Positions 17,965 through 27,529 of a DNA stretch of 39,272 nt are shown here, piece by piece. The notes below the pieces were generated by a model that worked only from the letters and a program-made list of their open reading frames with translations, searched no databases and was not told the origin of the DNA. Origin of the DNA: a virus. Taxonomy: Duplodnaviria; Heunggongvirae; Uroviricota; Caudoviricetes. The translations under genes and the position numbers were made by a program. Location of the stretch: IMG/VR virus record IMGVR_UViG_3300032272_000001, positions 1 through 39,272 of that record; one strand, given 5' to 3'. How positions within the stretch are numbered: the first letter of the stretch is position 1; the number at the start of each line of letters is the position of its first letter.

Positions 17965-19227
17965 ATGAAATTTTTCGTCACTACAGTGATTGAAAAAAGA
18001 AATGATTATGAAATAGCTGGTGATGTTTTCTATATTGACGAAAATATTGTTAAGGTTGCTGGAATTGAACATTATCTTCATTATGGTGATATTGTTTGTC
18101 ATGGCAACCTTAATTATTATATAAACGATAATGATGTTTCTATAAAAGAACATGATAATACGTTTTATGATTTTTGGGATTTAGAAAACGGACTAATGCC
18201 AGATGATGGCAAACGCTATTTCGTAGTTGTTAATGAAAATACATCTTTTTCAGATGAGATGAAATCATATCTCGCGCTGAATGGAAAAATTGTATCTAGA
18301 AACGAAATTGGTTTAACATTATATCCATTATCAGGACCAAAAATATATCAAGAATCTAAAAATAAAGCAATTATTCATGATGGTTTCATAGATATAAGTC
18401 ATGAAAGCAATAAATTATTTTATGACGCAGTGAGAGCTTTAAATGAATCTAGAAAAAATGAAATCATAGAAGATGAAACTTTTGTTGATCTTCTTAGTGA
18501 AAAAGCATCACAACTTATAGATAAACCGCTAGACGGAAAAGACGGTAAAAATGGAATTGATGGAAAAGACGGTAAAGATGGAATTGACGGAAAAGATGGA
18601 AAAGCAGGTGCGCAAGGCAATCCTGGACAAGTGGGAAAAAGTGCTAAGCCAGGACTTCCTGGAAAAACCGGACTTCAAGGTAAGAAAGGTGAGCCCGGTA
18701 ATACTGGAGCAAGGGGTCGTGATGGAAAAGACGGTAAAGATGGGATTGACGGAAAAGACGGTTTAATAGGCGAACAAGGACCAAAGGGTGATACTGGTGA
18801 ACGGGGCGAAAAAGGTGAAGCCGGAATAATTCTTACAGAAGAACAAAATACAGTCATTGCAGAAAATTTAAGAAAAGAATTTGAACAATTTCGTAAAATA
18901 GACGGTCTTTATAAACAAAGACTTAATACACAACTAGGATCTCTTGGTGGTGGTGGTTCTGACAGTCTCATGGAAAATCGAGATGTCCAATATGTCGATC
19001 GATCTAATTTAAGTAATGGGCAATTTCTTGTATATGATACTTCTGCTGATAAATTCGTATTAACAGATATTGATGGTTTGTATGGTGGCGCTAATAGCGA
19101 CTCAACATATCCAATATATATTCAAAATACAGCTCCAGTCACAACAGCAGATAAATATATGTGGATACAAACAGAAATAAACGGAAACTCAAACTCATTT
19201 TCATTTTGGTTTGATGATGGGTGTTAA
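17965..19227 (+). CDS. Collagen-like fibre protein
   Basis: 32 Gly-X-Y triplets, then a coiled coil, LGGGG linker and DV...LSNGQFLVYD fibre motif. Confidence 0.85.
   Translation: MKFFVTTVIEKRNDYEIAGDVFYIDENIVKVAGIEHYLHYGDIVCHGNLNYYINDNDVSIKEHDNTFYDFWDLENGLMPDDGKRYFVVVNENTSFSDEMKSYLALNGKIVSRNEIGLTLYPLSGPKIYQESKNKAIIHDGFIDISHESNKLFYDAVRALNESRKNEIIEDETFVDLLSEKASQLIDKPLDGKDGKNGIDGKDGKDGIDGKDGKAGAQGNPGQVGKSAKPGLPGKTGLQGKKGEPGNTGARGRDGKDGKDGIDGKDGLIGEQGPKGDTGERGEKGEAGIILTEEQNTVIAENLRKEFEQFRKIDGLYKQRLNTQLGSLGGGGSDSLMENRDVQYVDRSNLSNGQFLVYDTSADKFVLTDIDGLYGGANSDSTYPIYIQNTAPVTTADKYMWIQTEINGNSNSFSFWFDDGC
18535..18822 (+). repeat. Gly-X-Y collagen repeat, 32 triplets (GKD/GID-rich, one Gly-to-Ala break)
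   Basis: Read directly from the translation. Confidence 0.95.
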
Positions 19228-19240
19228 GGAGAGACAATAG

Positions 19241-19828
19241 ATGTCAATTATAGAAGACGGAACAGGCAACGGTAAATCCGCAAAAGTAAGCTCGGCTAAT
19301 AGACTTTATACTGATTCTGTTTCTGATAGTACTTTTGGTAATGCTGGTGTATTAGGACGTGCTGCAAACGGCGGTACTGGTTTAATGAATGTGACCACAG
19401 CTGATACTGGTTTACTTATGTTTATCAAAAATACTAGCGAAACTCTTAGTTATCGAGTAACCAGAATAAATCAAAATTGGAATGGTGGTAGCACTACTTT
19501 CAACAAACCTTTGACCATAATCTATTACAAAGATTCAACTGCGCCTGACACTAATATAACACAATCTGCATTTCTTAACACAAATGTATCAAATTCGTTT
19601 GAGCCACCAATAACTAACCTGGTGTGGGATGGTGTTGGAACAGGAATGACGGGACATACTGGATTGGTCTCTGCTGGCGTTACTATCATTGGAATGGGCA
19701 CAACTGTATCTGAAACTGACGGGGCGTTTATTCTTGGTCCTGGAGATACGTCGGCGTTGTCTGTAATTGCGGTTGAAGATGGAACTCTATTCATATCATT
19801 ACAAGGATTTTTCGAGGATCTTACATAA
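19241..19828 (+). CDS. Putative structural protein, paralogue of 20017..20601
   Basis: Shared IExGxGNGKxAxVxxxNRL, F(I/L)KNTS and GxxIxxPGxT motifs. Confidence 0.7.
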   Translation: MSIIEDGTGNGKSAKVSSANRLYTDSVSDSTFGNAGVLGRAANGGTGLMNVTTADTGLLMFIKNTSETLSYRVTRINQNWNGGSTTFNKPLTIIYYKDSTAPDTNITQSAFLNTNVSNSFEPPITNLVWDGVGTGMTGHTGLVSAGVTIIGMGTTVSETDGAFILGPGDTSALSVIAVEDGTLFISLQGFFEDLT

Positions 19829-20016
19829 TGGGTCTGAAAAACGCATTTGCTGACATAGCAACAGAAGAAACATTAGAAGATATAAAATTACATCAGATAA
19901 CTCTTCAAAAGGAGTTGCTTGAAGAAATTTTAACACAATTAAAAATAATGAATCTTCATCTTTCTTCGATGACAGATGAAGAATTAACCAAAGAAGATTT
20001 AGATCAGGAAATGTAA
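19828..20016 (+). CDS. Small coiled-coil protein
   Basis: 62 aa with a heptad pattern; coupled to both neighbours. Confidence 0.65.
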   Translation: MGLKNAFADIATEETLEDIKLHQITLQKELLEEILTQLKIMNLHLSSMTDEELTKEDLDQEM

Positions 20017-20601
20017 ATGAAAATAGAATCAGGTGTAGGTAATGGTAAATGGGCTAGAGTAGATAAAAAGAATAGACTTCAAGTATCTACTGAATCTGCT
20101 TCCTATCAACACATTATTAGTAAAGAAGATGGGCAAAGTTATCAAGTTTCAAGTCTTACAACATTAGCTAATGGTACTGTTGTTGGTTTATTCTTAAAAA
20201 ATACATCTTCCTCAAGAAACTTAATAGTCACCTATATTAGACATCAAATCATCGATCCAGCTGGTGGCACAGCATTACCTAATGCATCTTGTTATTTCAC
20301 GCTTAATGTAAATGGCGAATATACATCTGGTGGTAATGTTATTACACCTACCAATGTTCGTGTTGGTTCTGGTAATGAAGCTGAAGTAGAGTCATATAAT
20401 GGCAATCCGACCATTGTTGCTGGTACTGAAATCGACCGTTGGTTTACCAAAGATGAGGCTGATATGAACACATATAACAAAGAAGGTTCATTAATTATTA
20501 TGCCTGGACAGACTGTATATACTGCATATACCGGGGATCATACATCTGGCAGTCTTTATACAAGAATCTCATTTATGATGGATGAAATAGATAATGATTA
20601 A
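20017..20601 (+). CDS. Putative structural protein, paralogue of 19241..19828
   Basis: Shares the motifs listed for 19241..19828. Confidence 0.7.
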   Translation: MKIESGVGNGKWARVDKKNRLQVSTESASYQHIISKEDGQSYQVSSLTTLANGTVVGLFLKNTSSSRNLIVTYIRHQIIDPAGGTALPNASCYFTLNVNGEYTSGGNVITPTNVRVGSGNEAEVESYNGNPTIVAGTEIDRWFTKDEADMNTYNKEGSLIIMPGQTVYTAYTGDHTSGSLYTRISFMMDEIDND

Positions 20602-21733
20602 GACAACGATTTCTGGTGGTTTCAACGAAGGATACGCGGCGGTTGTTAAAAAACAGCTCACTACAGCAAATCGTAAAAGTCCTAGAGGTCTTGTAACATA
20701 TAATACTCCTTACTACAATGAGCGCGCAAGATTTGCATTTGCTACCGATGCTTCTGGATCGGTGAATCTAAACATCAACGGTTCTACTACAGGTGGTACA
20801 CCAGACAGAATACATGATGGTATTGATAGCGTTTTATGGACCGGAAGTAATTTTTCTGGCAGTAATTTTACATTTAATTCGACTACTCAAGCGCAATCCG
20901 GTACACAATCAATAAATGCTACTAGCACTGTACATAACGATGAAGCAGAACTTTTACGCGGATCAGCAATAAATCACAGTGATTATACTGCATTAACTGG
21001 TTGGATTTACATCGAATCTTGGCCTTCAAGTGGAACAAAAGATGTTAGATTTAAATTTAAACTTGCTGGAGTAGATGTCAGTAATGTTATGAATCTACAA
21101 GATTATGTAAATATTGGTAATCAGAACGTTTGGCAAACATTTACAATTCCACTTAATGTTTTTAGTTTATCCGGCACTCAAATAGATTCTCTTCATATAA
21201 CAACTATTGATATTGGTGGAGGCCAAGCGCCAAATTATCATCTAGACGAATTAGTGCTTACAAGTAGCGCGGCTGCTGGAAACCCAGAAACATTTACGAT
21301 TAAGCCCGTTGAAGATGAAATTATGTATTTGTATGGTGTTGAATTTGATTTTGCGTTTCCTTACGCGCCAATAGCTACAGTTTCTGGCGCAACAGAAAAC
21401 TTTACTACACCAAAATTATCATTTGATCAATTTTGCCATTTATCTCAATTGGTTAATGGTGTGACTATACGTTTAATACAAAACAATATAACAACGTTCT
21501 CAGGAAATATCAAGAGCAATTATCATCTATTAAGTCTACCGAATACAAAACTAACATCATTTATGGCTGATGAAACAAATACATTCATTAAAGCCGAAAC
21601 TGATTTTTCTGGTGTTTTGGAATTGGATGCACGTACAAATGATAGAATTGAATTTACTATTAATGATAATCTTTCGGCATTACTAGCATTTCAAATATCA
21701 GTTAAAGCAACAACAGTTAAAGAAGCTCTTTAG
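20594..21733 (+). CDS. Putative structural protein with a carbohydrate-binding-like domain
   Basis: DYTALTGWIY...WQTFTIPL...IDSLHI...YHLDELVL resembles a galactose-binding-like (CBM) beta-sandwich. Confidence 0.55.
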   Translation: MIKTTISGGFNEGYAAVVKKQLTTANRKSPRGLVTYNTPYYNERARFAFATDASGSVNLNINGSTTGGTPDRIHDGIDSVLWTGSNFSGSNFTFNSTTQAQSGTQSINATSTVHNDEAELLRGSAINHSDYTALTGWIYIESWPSSGTKDVRFKFKLAGVDVSNVMNLQDYVNIGNQNVWQTFTIPLNVFSLSGTQIDSLHITTIDIGGGQAPNYHLDELVLTSSAAAGNPETFTIKPVEDEIMYLYGVEFDFAFPYAPIATVSGATENFTTPKLSFDQFCHLSQLVNGVTIRLIQNNITTFSGNIKSNYHLLSLPNTKLTSFMADETNTFIKAETDFSGVLELDARTNDRIEFTINDNLSALLAFQISVKATTVKEAL

Positions 21734-21755
21734 TTATTGGTAAAAATAGAAAACA

Positions 21756-21763
21756 TATAAATA
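21756..21763 (+). promoter_or_regulatory. Late promoter TATAAATA for gp21
   Basis: Exact consensus, intergenic. Confidence 0.8.
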
Positions 21764-21794
21764 CATAGAATTAATAGTAATATCGGAGATACTG

Positions 21795-22439
21795 ATGAAA
21801 CTCATCGCAGAAGTAACGCAAAATGTAGAGGTTTTGAATGAAGTCACCAAAAGTGGCGATAAAGCGATGTATATTACTGGTCCTTTTATGGAATACGGAA
21901 TCAAAAATAAAAATGGGCGAGTATATTCTGAATCTGTTATGCGCAATGCAGTTGATAAATATGTTACTGAAAAAGTCAATAAAAACTGTGCTTATGGTGA
22001 ATTGAACCATCCCGATGGTCCTCATATCGATCTAAACAACGTGTGTATCTTGATTAACAATCTAGATATTCAAAAAGGTGGTCAAGTTATTGGTAAAGCT
22101 AGGATTGCTGAAACTGATGCAGGCCGCACTGTAAAAGGACTAATCGAATCCGGTGCAAATCTTGGTGTTTCGTCAAGAGGTCTTGGTTCACTTAAAGAGA
22201 ATAACGGAACACTAGAAGTACAAGACGATTTTCGTTTAGTTACAGCATCAGATGTTGTAGCCGATCCATCAGCACATTCTGCTTTTGTTAAAGGCATTTT
22301 CGAAGGTGTAGATTGGATTTTCAACGAAAATACTGGTGAATGGGCTGAAGCTAAATTAAAAGTGCTTAAAAAGAAAAATATACGACAAATTGCTGAAGCA
22401 CAATCATATGTTTTCGATGAATTTCTAAAATCTCTATAA
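21795..22439 (+). CDS. gp21: Prohead protease gp21
   Basis: KNKNGRVY, GELNHP, LGVSSRGLGS, DVVADPSA. Confidence 0.96.
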   Translation: MKLIAEVTQNVEVLNEVTKSGDKAMYITGPFMEYGIKNKNGRVYSESVMRNAVDKYVTEKVNKNCAYGELNHPDGPHIDLNNVCILINNLDIQKGGQVIGKARIAETDAGRTVKGLIESGANLGVSSRGLGSLKENNGTLEVQDDFRLVTASDVVADPSAHSAFVKGIFEGVDWIFNENTGEWAEAKLKVLKKKNIRQIAEAQSYVFDEFLKSL

Positions 22440-22470
22440 AAATAAAAAGATATCTAAGGAGAAATGTCTA

Positions 22471-23715
22471 ATGGCTGATAAACTAAAACAAGGGGATTTG
22501 GTTGAATATGAAGGTAAAGACCATCTTGTTGTTGGTTTCGATGAAATCAATGATAATAACCCTATTCTTGAAAATGAAGAAGGCGTAAAAATTACGGTTG
22601 ATATGTCTCTAATCAAACTTGAAGAAGATGAAGTTGTTGAAAAAGAAGTTTCTTGTGAAAAAACTGACAAGACTGTTGATGAAAAAACAGAAATTGAAGG
22701 TGATGAGCAACTAGATGAACTTACCAAAGCTGGCGAAACCATTAAAGGTAAAGCAAATTACAATACGTCTCAAATGACAGCAAGCGTTATACAAGCTATG
22801 TCAAAAATGAGCGGTGGTGATGCTATCGAATTTTTCAATAAGACGATGGCGCTGTATGGCAAGGGTAAAGATCATGGTGTTGGTAATCCAGCATCAAAAA
22901 ATAAAGATTCTGTTGCTACACACAATCCAAATCCAGACTCAGGTACTCCTGGCCAGATGGCAGGTAAAGTAAAATCTATGGCTAAAGAAGATCTAGAAAA
23001 AATTCTTGGCGATGAAAAAAATCTTACAGAAGAATTTAAAGAAAATGCTTCTGTTTTATTCGAAGCAACAGTTAATCTTAGAATTGCTTTGGTTAAAGAA
23101 GAACTAGAAGCTGAGTATAAAACAAAACTTGAAGAAGAGATGACTGAACTCACAAAAACTCTAGAAGAAAAAATTGACGTTTATCTGTCACGCACAACGG
23201 ATGAATGGTTAAAAGAAAATGAAGTTTCTATCGAAAGCACTTTGCGTAATGAAATGGTAGAGAAATTCATGGTTGAACAGTTCAATTTGTTCAAAAAATA
23301 TAACTTCAATTTACCAGAAGAAAGCGTTGATGTTGTTGAAGCTATGGCTTCTGAGAACGAAGATCTTAAAAACAAGCTCAACGAACAAATCAATGACAAC
23401 ATCGAACTTTGTGAAGCTGTTGATAAATACGCTGCTGCTGAAATTTTCAATGAAGTTTCTGAAGGATTAGCATTAACACAAATCGAAAAATTCAAGACTC
23501 TTGCAGAAGATATTGATTTTGATGGTGATGAAGAAGCATATAAAGCCAAACTTGATGTTGTTAAAGAACAACTTTTTAACAAAAAAACAAAACCAGCATC
23601 AAAACTTAATGAAGAAGTTGAACTAGATGAACCGGCGAAAGAGGACGGACCAGTATCTGATGATCCTGCAATTGATTCGTTTGCTCGGGCAATCTCAAGA
23701 ACTATAAAAAGATAA
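22471..23715 (+). CDS. gp22: Prohead scaffold protein gp22 with an N-terminal extension
   Basis: LTEEFKENASVLFEA, IDVYL...EWLKENEV, GLALTQIEKF; lies between gp21 and gp23. Confidence 0.9.
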   Translation: MADKLKQGDLVEYEGKDHLVVGFDEINDNNPILENEEGVKITVDMSLIKLEEDEVVEKEVSCEKTDKTVDEKTEIEGDEQLDELTKAGETIKGKANYNTSQMTASVIQAMSKMSGGDAIEFFNKTMALYGKGKDHGVGNPASKNKDSVATHNPNPDSGTPGQMAGKVKSMAKEDLEKILGDEKNLTEEFKENASVLFEATVNLRIALVKEELEAEYKTKLEEEMTELTKTLEEKIDVYLSRTTDEWLKENEVSIESTLRNEMVEKFMVEQFNLFKKYNFNLPEESVDVVEAMASENEDLKNKLNEQINDNIELCEAVDKYAAAEIFNEVSEGLALTQIEKFKTLAEDIDFDGDEEAYKAKLDVVKEQLFNKKTKPASKLNEEVELDEPAKEDGPVSDDPAIDSFARAISRTIKR

Positions 23716-23718
23716 ATA
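23711..23718 (+). promoter_or_regulatory. Late promoter variant GATAAATA for gp23
   Basis: Overlaps the gp22 stop codon, just upstream of the capsid gene. Confidence 0.55.
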
Positions 23719-23751
23719 CTACAATAAACAATAATAAGCAATTCAGGGAGA

Positions 23752-25119
23752 TTGAAACCAATGCTTAGCAATCAAGACTTAAACAATAAATGGAAACCAA
23801 TTCTGGAACACTCTGATCTCGATCCGATCCAGGATATCCATCGTAGGAATGTTACTGCTGCGATTCTCGATAATACACAAGCTGCATTAAGAGAAGCTGG
23901 TAATTACACTCCACAAAATCTACTTTCGGAATCGCCAATTCCTCCCAATAACATGGGTGCATCGTCTTCGACTCCTGGTGATGGCGCAATTGACATTTTC
24001 GATCCTGTTCTTATCTCACTCGTTAGACGCGCTATGCCTAACCTTATGGCATATGACGTTGCTGGTGTCCAGCCTATGTCTGGTCCAACTGGTTTGATTT
24101 TTGCTCTTCGTGCACGTTATTCTAATAACGCTGGCGATGAAACTTTCTATCAAGAAGTAAATACATCCTTCTCGTCTGTTGTTGGTAATGCCAATACCTT
24201 TGGCGATAAGCATGTTGGTACTCTTCCTGGTAATAACACTGTTACTGCTAACCTTGCTGAAACTGGATTGTACAACTTCGGTGATGCAATGTCAACAGCT
24301 CAATCAGAAGCACTTGGTACTGATTCCAATACTGCATTCCCAGATATGGCAATCAGCATTGAACAAGTTTCAGTTACTGCTAAAGCCCGTGCTCTAAAAG
24401 CTGCTTACACCATGGAATTGGCTCAAGATCTTAAAGCTGTTCATGGCCTTGATGCTGAAAGCGAACTTGCTAACATTCTTTCTGCTGAAATTCTTGCAGA
24501 AATTAATCGTGAAGTTGTTCGTACAATTTACATCACTGCTAAACAGGGTGCAACAGACAATACTACGACTACAGATGGTATTTTCGATCTTAACACCGAC
24601 TCTAATGGTCGTTGGATGGTAGAAAAGTTCAAAGGTATGATTTATCATATTGAACGTGAAGCCAATAAAATCGCAAAAGACACCAGGCGTGGTAAGGGCA
24701 ATATCTTGATCTGTTCTTCTGATGTAGCTTCGGCTCTCCAGATGGCTGGCATCTTGGACTATGCTCCTGCAATGAATACATCTGGCCTTCAGGTTGATGA
24801 CACTGGTAATACATTCGCTGGTACTATCCACGGACGTATGAAGGTTTATATCGATCCGTATGCTACTGGTGGTAACTTCATGGTCGTTGGTTATAAGGGT
24901 TCTGGCCCATTTGATGCTGGTCTCTTCTATTGCCCATATGTTCCGCTCCAGATGGTGCGTGCTGTTGGTCAAGATGACTTCCATCCACGTATCGGGTTTA
25001 AAACTCGTTATGGTATGGTAGCCAATCCATTCGCCGAAGGCGCAACAGCAGGTGCTGGTGCTTTGACTAAGGATAGTAATGTTTACTATCGCAGAATTAT
25101 AGTATCTAACTTAATGTAA
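23752..25119 (+). CDS. gp23: Major capsid protein gp23 (start TTG 23752 or ATG 23761)
   Basis: LVRRAMPNL, GVQPMSGPTGLIFA, ELAQDLKAVHGLDAE, TRRGKGN, YCPYVPL, GFKTRYG. Confidence 0.98.
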   Translation: MKPMLSNQDLNNKWKPILEHSDLDPIQDIHRRNVTAAILDNTQAALREAGNYTPQNLLSESPIPPNNMGASSSTPGDGAIDIFDPVLISLVRRAMPNLMAYDVAGVQPMSGPTGLIFALRARYSNNAGDETFYQEVNTSFSSVVGNANTFGDKHVGTLPGNNTVTANLAETGLYNFGDAMSTAQSEALGTDSNTAFPDMAISIEQVSVTAKARALKAAYTMELAQDLKAVHGLDAESELANILSAEILAEINREVVRTIYITAKQGATDNTTTTDGIFDLNTDSNGRWMVEKFKGMIYHIEREANKIAKDTRRGKGNILICSSDVASALQMAGILDYAPAMNTSGLQVDDTGNTFAGTIHGRMKVYIDPYATGGNFMVVGYKGSGPFDAGLFYCPYVPLQMVRAVGQDDFHPRIGFKTRYGMVANPFAEGATAGAGALTKDSNVYYRRIIVSNLM

Positions 25120-25128
25120 ATCATATAC

Positions 25129-25189
25129 TTTTCTCTTGATATATAGTAGTGAGGGGCATATTGTTCTTCACTACTATTCAAGGAGAAAA
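25129..25189 (+). other. Long RNA hairpin 3' of gp23
   Basis: 16-bp inner stem atagtagtgaggggca/tgttcttcactactat (3 G-U pairs) plus an outer stem ttttctcttga/tcaaggagaaaa. Confidence 0.7.
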
Positions 25190-25239
25190 AATATTGTTTT
25201 ATATACATTAAAAAATACTAATAACGGAGTCAGAGAAAC

Positions 25240-25587
25240 ATGACCGAAAAACAAACTACTATAGATGCCTATGCCGAGTGGATATCCAAAAACATCGAAA
25301 CAGATGGTATTTATGGTGGCAAGATTTCTGGTGTATCTGAAAAACAAAAAACCAAAACAGACGAAACTTTAGATGAAGAAAAGGAACTTAGCGAAGAAAT
25401 GAAAGTTTGTGAAAAATGCGACGGTAAATATTCTTCTTCTAAATACGATTCGTGTCCAAAATGCGAAACAACAAAAGAAAATACGGAATACGATAAAGAC
25501 TATGATGGGAAACCAGATAAAATATCTGACCGAAAGAAAATGCTGAAATCAGTTAAAAGCATTAAAATGAAGTTAAAAAATAAATAA
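25240..25587 (+). CDS. Hypothetical charged protein with a zinc ribbon
   Basis: CEKC...CPKC; GGAG SD. Confidence 0.7.
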   Translation: MTEKQTTIDAYAEWISKNIETDGIYGGKISGVSEKQKTKTDETLDEEKELSEEMKVCEKCDGKYSSSKYDSCPKCETTKENTEYDKDYDGKPDKISDRKKMLKSVKSIKMKLKNK

Positions 25588-25614
25588 TAAAAATAATAAA
25601 ATTAACTACATACT

Positions 25615-25641
25615 TGGGGGGCTTCGGCTCCCCATTTTTTT
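25615..25641 (+). terminator. Intrinsic terminator with a cUUCGg tetraloop
   Basis: tggggggc-ttcg-gctcccca followed by a run of 7 T. Confidence 0.9.
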
Positions 25642-25656
25642 AGGTTTTTATTTTTT

Positions 25657-25664
25657 TATAAATA
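25657..25664 (+). promoter_or_regulatory. Late promoter TATAAATA for the accessory structural module
   Basis: Exact consensus after the terminator; TAAGGAG SD downstream. Confidence 0.8.
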
Positions 25665-25696
25665 ATAGAAACAATATTAATAAGGAGACATATTAT

Positions 25697-26098
25697 ATGG
25701 CTGTACAATATCTAGAAAGTGTTCGAAATGCTCAATTAGATTCAATTGAAACAACAATTTCAACTGCCCCTACACTCACAATCTGGTCTGGTGCTCAACC
25801 AGCAACATGCGCAACTGCAAATTCTGGTACTTTGCTTGTATCAATGACACTTCCAACTGATTGGATGGCTGCTGCTTCTGGTGGTTCAAAAGCAAAAGCA
25901 GGAACATGGGAAGACACTTCAGCTGATGCTACAGGAACTGCTGGTCATTTTCGAATTCACCAAACAACCACTTGTTTTATTCAAGGGTCTGTTACTGCTA
26001 CTGCTGGTGGTGGCGACATCGAACTAGATAACACAAGCATAGCATCTGGACAACAAGTTACGATTTCCACATTTGTAATTTCTGCTGGCAATGCATAA
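25697..26098 (+). CDS. Putative virion structural protein
   Basis: Ala/Thr/Gly-rich beta protein; first gene after a late promoter, strong SD. Confidence 0.7.
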   Translation: MAVQYLESVRNAQLDSIETTISTAPTLTIWSGAQPATCATANSGTLLVSMTLPTDWMAAASGGSKAKAGTWEDTSADATGTAGHFRIHQTTTCFIQGSVTATAGGGDIELDNTSIASGQQVTISTFVISAGNA

Positions 26099-26133
26099 GA
26101 GGACCCACTTTAACAAAAAGAAAAGTATAAATA

Positions 26134-27519
26134 ATGGCTGTTGTTCTAGAAAGTAAAACTCACGCTAATTTCGACAATGCGGCAACCGGGACAATTGCGT
26201 ATCCGACAAGTATTGCATCTGGCGATTTTTTACTTTTACTATGGTCGTGTGATGGTACACGTGGTATTGCTACGCCAAGTGCTTTCACAAGTGGTTCAAA
26301 TCTTTCTGGTGGTGGTGGATCATTTAGATCTGGATTCCATTTCAAAGTCGCCGATGGAACAGAAACCGGAAATTTAACAATTGATACTGTTAGCGGAAAC
26401 GAAAGAGCCCATTTTACATTAATACGCATTTCTGGTGCTGCAATATTACCGAATCAAGTAGAAACTACTACTGGCAATAGTGCAGCACCAACATTTGCTA
26501 GTATAACGCCATCGGTTGATGATTGTATAATCATACAATTTCTTGCCCGCGAAAATGGACAGGCAGGTGCTGCAATTGCGAGCGCTTGGACGAGTCCGCT
26601 AACTGAGTACTACGATAACGATAGTGGTCCTCCTGGAACAGGTACTGGATCATCTGCATCTGCTGCTGCAACATTGACACAAACTACTGCTGCAACTCGA
26701 TCTGGAGATAGTGTTACATCAACACAAACTGCGGAATGGAGAACGTTTTCATTCGCTATTGCACCATCAGCAGATGCTTTATCAGAAACAATAACAGTAA
26801 CTGGTATTGATCAAGTTGATGAATTACAAGATAGCACAACAATAGTAACTGGCTCATTTACTCCAAATAATAATTCATTGCTTGTTGCTATTGTTCTCCA
26901 AGCCGGAACAAATGATGATCCTACATCAGTAGCAGGAGGCTCATTGACTTGGACAAAGCGAGCTGAAGCCGATAATGATTTAAATGATTGGTATGGTAAA
27001 GCATGGATTTATACAGCTCCTGTAGTTACTGGCGCTAGTATGACTGTTACAGCAACAATGGGTTCAGAACCTGAACGAGGATTTAATTTATTGGTCGCTG
27101 AAATACAGGGACATGATGTTGATGATCCGATTATAGATACGCTTGAATTTTGGGAAAATGCAGCTAGAAATAATATACCCAATGATTATACAGACGATTT
27201 TGTAGAAACACCAACAACGAATGATATGTTATTAGCTGTTGGTTTTTGTGAATTTGATACTGCTACCAATTCTAATGTAACTGGTGGTTACAATTGGACA
27301 GAAATTTATTCAAAATCTGCTAGATCATTGGGCGCGAACGATAATCAAGAATATATATTGCAATATCGAACAAACACTACTGATACTACTGTCAATTTTT
27401 TCGATATCAGTAGTCCTAATGATTTTGCTACAGGTATGGCAGCTATTATGATTCGGGCGGGGGCGTCTGGTTCATTAATTGTTCCCAATAGACAATTTAT
27501 GCATATGATAAGACGATAA
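26134..27519 (+). CDS. Putative fibre/receptor-binding protein with two tandem beta domains
   Basis: Two roughly 210-aa Thr/Ser/Gly-rich halves, each with a (D/S)xLL hydrophobic strand and ending in FAIAP / IMIRA. Confidence 0.6.
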   Translation: MAVVLESKTHANFDNAATGTIAYPTSIASGDFLLLLWSCDGTRGIATPSAFTSGSNLSGGGGSFRSGFHFKVADGTETGNLTIDTVSGNERAHFTLIRISGAAILPNQVETTTGNSAAPTFASITPSVDDCIIIQFLARENGQAGAAIASAWTSPLTEYYDNDSGPPGTGTGSSASAAATLTQTTAATRSGDSVTSTQTAEWRTFSFAIAPSADALSETITVTGIDQVDELQDSTTIVTGSFTPNNNSLLVAIVLQAGTNDDPTSVAGGSLTWTKRAEADNDLNDWYGKAWIYTAPVVTGASMTVTATMGSEPERGFNLLVAEIQGHDVDDPIIDTLEFWENAARNNIPNDYTDDFVETPTTNDMLLAVGFCEFDTATNSNVTGGYNWTEIYSKSARSLGANDNQEYILQYRTNTTDTTVNFFDISSPNDFATGMAAIMIRAGASGSLIVPNRQFMHMIRR

Positions 27520-27529
27520 AGGAAAACAC

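Noticed and set aside
22434-24984. Long minus-strand ORFs opposite gp22 and gp23 (e.g. 23181..23771, 24394..24984)
   Set aside because: They overlap conserved core genes, have no recognisable motifs, and are explained by codon bias
26126-26133. TATAAATA directly abutting ATG 26134 (likewise GATAAATA at 8971)
   Set aside because: Transcription would start inside the ORF; more likely AT-rich spacer sequence
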